This document shows positions 59,135-64,000 of a DNA stretch of 64,000 nucleotides, piece by piece. The position numbers and the translations under genes are program-made. Position 1 is the first letter of the stretch. Each line of letters opens with the position of its first letter. A model generated the notes under the pieces. That model made no database searches. It was not told the DNA's origin and saw only the letters and a program-made list of their open reading frames with translations. This DNA comes from Bacteroidota bacterium (GTDB lineage: Bacteria > Bacteroidota > Bacteroidia > Flavobacteriales > Weeksellaceae), in NCBI GenBank assembly GCA_037033105.1, contig JAZBLF010000008.1, positions 93,192 through 157,191 of the forward strand, in the 5' to 3' direction.

Positions 59135-60163
59135 TTATTTCTCTTCTTCAAAGTACAGACGGTAATATTTCCCTTTGTCGTCCTGTCCGGTTTCCAATTT
59201 GTCGCGGTCTCCGTGGATGTAGATGTGGAAATTTTTATCCAGTTTAATAATTGATTTGAAATGACGCTGCTGCTTTTTAACAGCCTGCGTATTGATCGGA
59301 AAATCTTCTGAGATTGAGATCTGCATATCATTCTCATAATCAGATTTGAAGTTGGAGAAACTTTCTATGACACTGTCATCAATCAAAACTTCTTTCACAA
59401 AATCATCATATTTGAACTCTTCTTTTTCTTTGAAGAAATTGATCGATTTATTAAGGAAATCTGCCTGATCTGCTTTGGAAACCTCGAATTCCTGAGGCAA
59501 TTGCTGCGTGATAAAATCTTTGTAAACGGACAAAGTTTCCTGCGTATGAAAATACTCGTTGTCGCGCTGTTTTACTTTCAGAAAATCCTCAAACCAATAA
59601 TAGATGTCGCCATTTTTGTTGTTATCAATCACGGACAAAACGTAGCCGCTTTCCTTGTCACTGTTATAGATGAGAGCCGCTTTATCAATCTTTGACAGGC
59701 TGATTCCGAAGTCTCTTTCGATATCAAATGTTTCGTCGCGAGGATTTATTTTAAGGAAACCTTCTCGCTTTTCAGTTTTGAAAATCCCAATAGAATCGAT
59801 TTTTTTGTTGTCGCCGTCAGTAGATTCGATGGTGTCGCCTTCGAAATAAACGATGAACAATTCGCCACCCTGAACTCTCGGATTTTCTGCTGCGTCGTAA
59901 AGGTGTTTGGCGATGTTCTCCGATTCCCACTGGAACTTGGCATTGTCTTCAAAAATCTCTGACACAGAACTGTAAATGGGATTGTTTACCAAGTAAGAAT
60001 CGCTGTAAAACTGGAACTGCTCTTCAGATTTGAAGGCATTCATAAAGTAATTTCCGAGCAATTCCTTCATATCCTCTTCCAGCTGTAACTCCTGCTGAGA
60101 GAGCATTAACGATTCCTGATTGATTTTATTCCCGACTCTGTGAACTGTGATTTTTGAAAACAT
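59135..60163 (-). CDS. Nucleoid-associated protein (NdpA/YejK-like)
   Basis: HRVGNK, S..IAKHLY....PRVQGGELF, GIFK.E, IDKAALI, YW...FL. Confidence 0.82.
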   Translation of the reverse strand: MFSKITVHRVGNKINQESLMLSQQELQLEEDMKELLGNYFMNAFKSEEQFQFYSDSYLVNNPIYSSVSEIFEDNAKFQWESENIAKHLYDAAENPRVQGGELFIVYFEGDTIESTDGDNKKIDSIGIFKTEKREGFLKINPRDETFDIERDFGISLSKIDKAALIYNSDKESGYVLSVIDNNKNGDIYYWFEDFLKVKQRDNEYFHTQETLSVYKDFITQQLPQEFEVSKADQADFLNKSINFFKEKEEFKYDDFVKEVLIDDSVIESFSNFKSDYENDMQISISEDFPINTQAVKKQQRHFKSIIKLDKNFHIYIHGDRDKLETGQDDKGKYYRLYFEEEK

Positions 60164-60247
60164 TTTTTGTTGTTTAGGATTGCAAAGATATTCATAATCT
60201 CTTTTTCTGACTAAAGAAATATATTCTGATTCCGCACAATACGTTTA

Positions 60248-61360
60248 TTAGTCCCGTTCAAACTTTTCAATCTTCAATGCAGGCTTCAGTTTTTTGATAT
60301 AAAAAGCAGCCATTGCGCGTGCAAATGTCGGCCGCAATTCACCGTCATTTGAGAGAACTACAAAGGTATAACCTTCGTTTGGAAACCTAAGAATATCTGC
60401 TAAACCGGGACCGCCGCTGTGCCCGGCGTACAAAACATCATCTTCTGTTCCGGTAACCCAGCCAACTTTGGAAAAACCGGCATCTTTACCATCAATTTTG
60501 TCTGCTTTGTAAATGAAATTTTGGGAAAAAGAATTGGGAAACAGCACTTCATTATCCAGCCCCAGAGCCCAGTTTGCCATATCATCGATTGATGCAAAAT
60601 AGCCGCCAGCCGGATATGTGTATTGTGGATAAAGAAATTTGTAGGCTTTCATTTTGCCATCTAGATCATAATAAGTGGTGACTTTTTCCGGAATAATATC
60701 TGTGCGGAGAAACTGCCCGTTGACCTTAAATTCCATATCAAACGCACCATCATTCATCTGGAGTGGAATGGCAACTTCGTCTTTTAAAATCTGAACGAAG
60801 GGTTTGTTGTAAATCTTTTCAAAAATGTAAGATAACACCATAAAATCTGACTGTGCGTATTGCTGTTTTGATCCCGTTTTGAAAACCAAAGGTAGTTTTT
60901 TGACAGCCTCCACAATCTTCTCGGTTGGCAAATAAACATCACTTTCATAATAGTCGGCAATCCCGCTCGAGTGGCTGATGAGGTTTTCGATTTTGATCGC
61001 ATTCCATTCCTCCGGACAATCCGGAATATATTTTGAAACCGGATCTTCCAGACTGATCTTTCCGCTGTACATCGTCTTTAAAAGAAGCGTTGACGTCAGC
61101 AGTTTGGTGCAGGATGCAATCTGGAAATTGGTGTGATTGGTGACTTTGCTGTTCCAGTCCAGATTTGCGAAGCCATAAGTTGTCTTCTTGATAATTTTTC
61201 CGTTTTTGATGACTGCGACTGCCATTCCAGGGATTTTCAGGGATTTCATGTGCTGTTTCACAAACTGGTCAATTTCTTTCCCGATCTTCTTTTCGTTTTG
61301 CTGTCCGAAAAATAAAAATGAACAGAGAAATGAGAAGAGAAAACACAGATTTTTTTTCAT
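60248..61360 (-). CDS. Beta-lactamase-family serine hydrolase
   Basis: Signal peptide; ASCTK (SxxK), LISHSSG, YAQ, GHSGG. Confidence 0.88.
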   Translation of the reverse strand: MKKNLCFLFSFLCSFLFFGQQNEKKIGKEIDQFVKQHMKSLKIPGMAVAVIKNGKIIKKTTYGFANLDWNSKVTNHTNFQIASCTKLLTSTLLLKTMYSGKISLEDPVSKYIPDCPEEWNAIKIENLISHSSGIADYYESDVYLPTEKIVEAVKKLPLVFKTGSKQQYAQSDFMVLSYIFEKIYNKPFVQILKDEVAIPLQMNDGAFDMEFKVNGQFLRTDIIPEKVTTYYDLDGKMKAYKFLYPQYTYPAGGYFASIDDMANWALGLDNEVLFPNSFSQNFIYKADKIDGKDAGFSKVGWVTGTEDDVLYAGHSGGPGLADILRFPNEGYTFVVLSNDGELRPTFARAMAAFYIKKLKPALKIEKFERD

Positions 61361-61510
61361 AAAGAATGGATTAATTTATAACTAATTATTTAGTCGTTCA
61401 AAGATGAAATTTAAATTCAATTCTATCACTATTTTTATAGTTAAAAAAATATTAAATAAATGACCTTTGGTAAATTAAGCTATCTTCGTTTGAGATAAAG
61501 TTGATTAGAA

Positions 61511-61825
61511 ATGAAATTAAGAATCTTTAAATATGGCATGTTTCTCTATGCGTTGTTGACGTTTTCCATCACTTCTGCCCAAACCATAGAACAGGAAATC
61601 GCCAAAAAATCCTGTGAATGCATCCAAACCAAACTATCTGCTGAAGGACAAATTTCAAATTCTCAAAGACAAAAATGCATTTCCGAAAGTGCTGACGAAG
61701 TCCTGAAATCAAAAGACCCGCAGGAAGTGAAAAGGCTTACGAAAAATATGGAAGAAGTCACGGAAAGACTTAAAATCATTTACAAACTCGTTGAGAAATG
61801 CCTTCAAAAAACTGATTCCAAATAA
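61511..61825 (+). CDS. Small secreted hypothetical protein
   Basis: Signal peptide ending TSA-Q; CECI motif plus two further Cys. Confidence 0.65.
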   Translation: MKLRIFKYGMFLYALLTFSITSAQTIEQEIAKKSCECIQTKLSAEGQISNSQRQKCISESADEVLKSKDPQEVKRLTKNMEEVTERLKIIYKLVEKCLQKTDSK

Positions 61826-61855
61826 AAATTCCCAAACCTAGGTTCGGATTTTTTT

Positions 61856-62359
61856 TTACTTTTTAGAAGGATTATTATTGGCTGCTCTCGCATCAACCAC
61901 CGTGTTTTGTCCGGAAGTCAGGAGCCACTTTCCGTTCTTTTTGACAAAAATCAGGGTCAAAATATCGTCGGTTGCAGGCATCTTGTTGTTTCCGTGATCG
62001 ATTCCGTCTGGCGGAAAGAACGCGCCGACACTGGAAATTAATGTTGCAATAGCGACATCCTTTGTCAAGAAACGCATTTTCAAACTTTTTTGAGTAAAAG
62101 GAACGCCTTTAAACATGGCGTTGAAAATTCCCTGATGCGCCGACTTTACTTCCGCTCGGCCTTTCCACCACATTCCAACAATATTTACCCATTCCACATC
62201 TTCCGTGGTGTAAGAATCCATATTTTTGAACTCGTGGGTGTTCCAGTCAGAAACCATTTGAGAAACCTGTGACTGGATTGCTTTTTCATCGGTTTGAGAA
62301 AAACAGAACCCATTTAATATTAAAAATAAACAAGTGAATAGCCTTTTGAAATTTTTCAT
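61856..62359 (-). CDS. NTF2-like SgcJ/EcaC (DUF4440) family protein
   Basis: W.NIVGMWWKGR.EV..AH, RFLT.DVA, W....GQNT; start taken at MKNFKR. Confidence 0.85.
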   Translation of the reverse strand: MKNFKRLFTCLFLILNGFCFSQTDEKAIQSQVSQMVSDWNTHEFKNMDSYTTEDVEWVNIVGMWWKGRAEVKSAHQGIFNAMFKGVPFTQKSLKMRFLTKDVAIATLISSVGAFFPPDGIDHGNNKMPATDDILTLIFVKKNGKWLLTSGQNTVVDARAANNNPSKK

Positions 62360-62418
62360 TTTAAATCTATTTTTGATTGGTAAAACAAAGCTAATCAAAT
62401 TATTATGAATGATCTCAA

Positions 62419-62451
62419 TAAAAAAATCCCCAAGCTTTCGCCCGGGGATTT
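62419..62451 (-). terminator. Strong intrinsic terminator
   Basis: AAATCCCC/GGGGATTT stem with an A-run (U-tract on the minus strand). Confidence 0.75.
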
Positions 62452-62752
62452 CATTTATATATTGACTCGCTGAGTCTTATTTAACTTCTTCAAAAATAAC
62501 CATAATTGAAAACCAATCAGTTATATTTTTATGGTACAAATAAGATACTGATTTGTACGTGTAGTTTGTGAAAATATATATTGAACATAAGCTCTTGCAT
62601 CATTTATTTTCTACTTAAAACACTAAAAATAAATATTTTAAAACTTCTGTTCATCATTTTTTTTCGATGCCAGTAGAAAAGCTAAACTCGGTAAGCTGTC
62701 ATCCATTCTTCTTATTCAAACTGACATACTAAAGTGATTTTCTTCTTTTATG

Positions 62753-64000
62753 CTAAGCAATTTCTGCACTTTGATAAATTTCTTCTACCAGTTTTATGAT
62801 TTTGGCAGATTTTTTATCCTCATCAAAAACACCAAAAACTCCTTGATCGTCTACATCGGTAAATGGTGGCTGTGTGAGCATATGCTTTTCTAAAACGCCA
62901 TTTTTATTGAGATAATCTACTATTTTCTGAACAAAGACTATTTGATTGGCATTAAGGTTTTCTTCTTGTATAAAAGTTGAAAAATGCTTATTTGCAGCTT
63001 CGATATCCATCCCTAAAACGCGGCGTACAAATATTCCTAAAGATTTGGTTCCGTATTCTTTTTCTATTTCTTGGGTATAAAATTTTTCGTAGGTTAGAAA
63101 CTCTTCCAATGCAATCAAATCATTGGGCGAAATAGGAATATTTTTATAAATCTTATCGATGACCAAATGGTTTTTATTTTTACGAATAAAGTTTTCTACG
63201 CGGTCTTTATAACTCTGTAAAGAGGTGTAACTGTGTAAAAGATCTCTTTCCTTTACCATACCAACATTCAATTCATCTTGGAAATTAGAATAGACGATTG
63301 GTTCTTTTTCCTCGTCCTTCAACAAATGAATGAGCCCACTAAGGTCTTGCCTAATTTTTTCTAATTTTTTAAGATTTATAGAATTCCAAAACGCTTCTGA
63401 AACTACTGCATCTATCGTCACTTCTTTTGCCCTGACTGCGGAAATGCTTTTTTTCTTGTTGAGCAATTCTCCTATCCGTATGATATTTTGGATGAGCGTA
63501 TTCTGCCTTTGTGAAGCATTGAGAATGGCAAACTGAAGTTGATAGATGATGAGATCAAATTTCTTTGCCAACTCATCTTTATCTTCTGTGTAAGAAACCA
63601 AATGGGAAAGATGGTTTTCTATTTCTATGATGGATGTATTGCTGAGCTGTTCCCAAGATTTCCTGTCTTTGAACTTCATTACAAATTCCCAATGTTTGCG
63701 CACTTCGAATCGGTTTTCGTCGAGATTCAGAATTTTTTTGTGCAACTCATTGGTATAAAGATTGGCAAAATCTAATTCTTCCTGATTGGAATCTGAATTC
63801 GTTCTAATACTTTGAATAACTTCCAGTTGCGCCAAGAAAAGTTGTTGTTGCAAAGGCTTTTGTTTTGTAGCTGAAACACCTTCTGGAAATTCATCAAAAA
63901 ACTCAAAATTCCCGCAAATATCGAAGATCAGAAAACAGTCTTTATCTCTCCCAATTCCGAATATATCTTTGCAAAGTCGCGTTCCACGTCCAATCATTTG
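62753..64000 (-). CDS. hsdR: Type I restriction enzyme R subunit, 3' part (EcoEI-type C-terminal domain)
   Basis: Helicase motif VI QMIGRGTRL, FLIFD.CGNFEFF; C-terminal L.ANQI.FV.KIVDYL..NG; 5' part lies outside the window. Confidence 0.88.
   Translation of the reverse strand, partial: QMIGRGTRLCKDIFGIGRDKDCFLIFDICGNFEFFDEFPEGVSATKQKPLQQQLFLAQLEVIQSIRTNSDSNQEELDFANLYTNELHKKILNLDENRFEVRKHWEFVMKFKDRKSWEQLSNTSIIEIENHLSHLVSYTEDKDELAKKFDLIIYQLQFAILNASQRQNTLIQNIIRIGELLNKKKSISAVRAKEVTIDAVVSEAFWNSINLKKLEKIRQDLSGLIHLLKDEEKEPIVYSNFQDELNVGMVKERDLLHSYTSLQSYKDRVENFIRKNKNHLVIDKIYKNIPISPNDLIALEEFLTYEKFYTQEIEKEYGTKSLGIFVRRVLGMDIEAANKHFSTFIQEENLNANQIVFVQKIVDYLNKNGVLEKHMLTQPPFTDVDDQGVFGVFDEDKKSAKIIKLVEEIYQSAEIA

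Noticed and set aside
62640-62752. Small ORF or gene remnant downstream of hsdR
   Set aside because: Only short interrupted frames; nothing identifiable.
966-63775. Numerous other ORF-track entries overlapping assigned genes
   Set aside because: Antisense or alternate-frame shadows of well-supported genes with no independent motif.
1-64000. tRNA, rRNA, tmRNA, transposase or integrase genes
   Set aside because: None recognised by eye; a tRNAscan-SE or Infernal run would be needed to exclude them formally.

Overview
A 64-kb chromosomal window from a Weeksellaceae (Chryseobacterium/Epilithonimonas-like) Bacteroidota, inferred from gene content and order and from the TAnnTTTG promoters. It is mostly core genome: an exbB-exbD-exbD-tonB operon with a PstS-like lipoprotein and a TPR protein, leuS, waaA, rpmH, ftsE-like, ribC, pdxA, yceD-rpmF-accBC, rocD, a 7-kb glycosyltransferase cluster, gltX, accA, rplM-rpsI-rpsB, pncB, BON/SH3 genes, mrp-nifU, gpsA and tig. 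The window ends inside a type I restriction hsdR gene. I saw no tRNA, rRNA, CRISPR array, transposase or integrase. The strongest leads are: (1) a near-leaderless DUF2946/CruR-like upstream ORF with CxxC and a C-terminal RGPP motif ahead of a TonB-dependent receptor and surface lipoprotein, a candidate metal-responsive ribosome-arrest regulator; (2) a displaced FEEVK-stop fragment plus terminator at about 62.4-62.56 kb, which suggests the hsdR island integrated at the 3' end of dnaK; (3) an intergenic array of 12 TAAAAC-like motifs at exact 21-bp spacing; (4) AT-rich insertions in LeuRS before KMSKS; (5) several repeat families, namely TGTCA-ended REP-like pairs, MITE-like elements, and heptamer arrays that begin exactly at stop codons. 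Family and product calls come from recalled motifs, not database searches.
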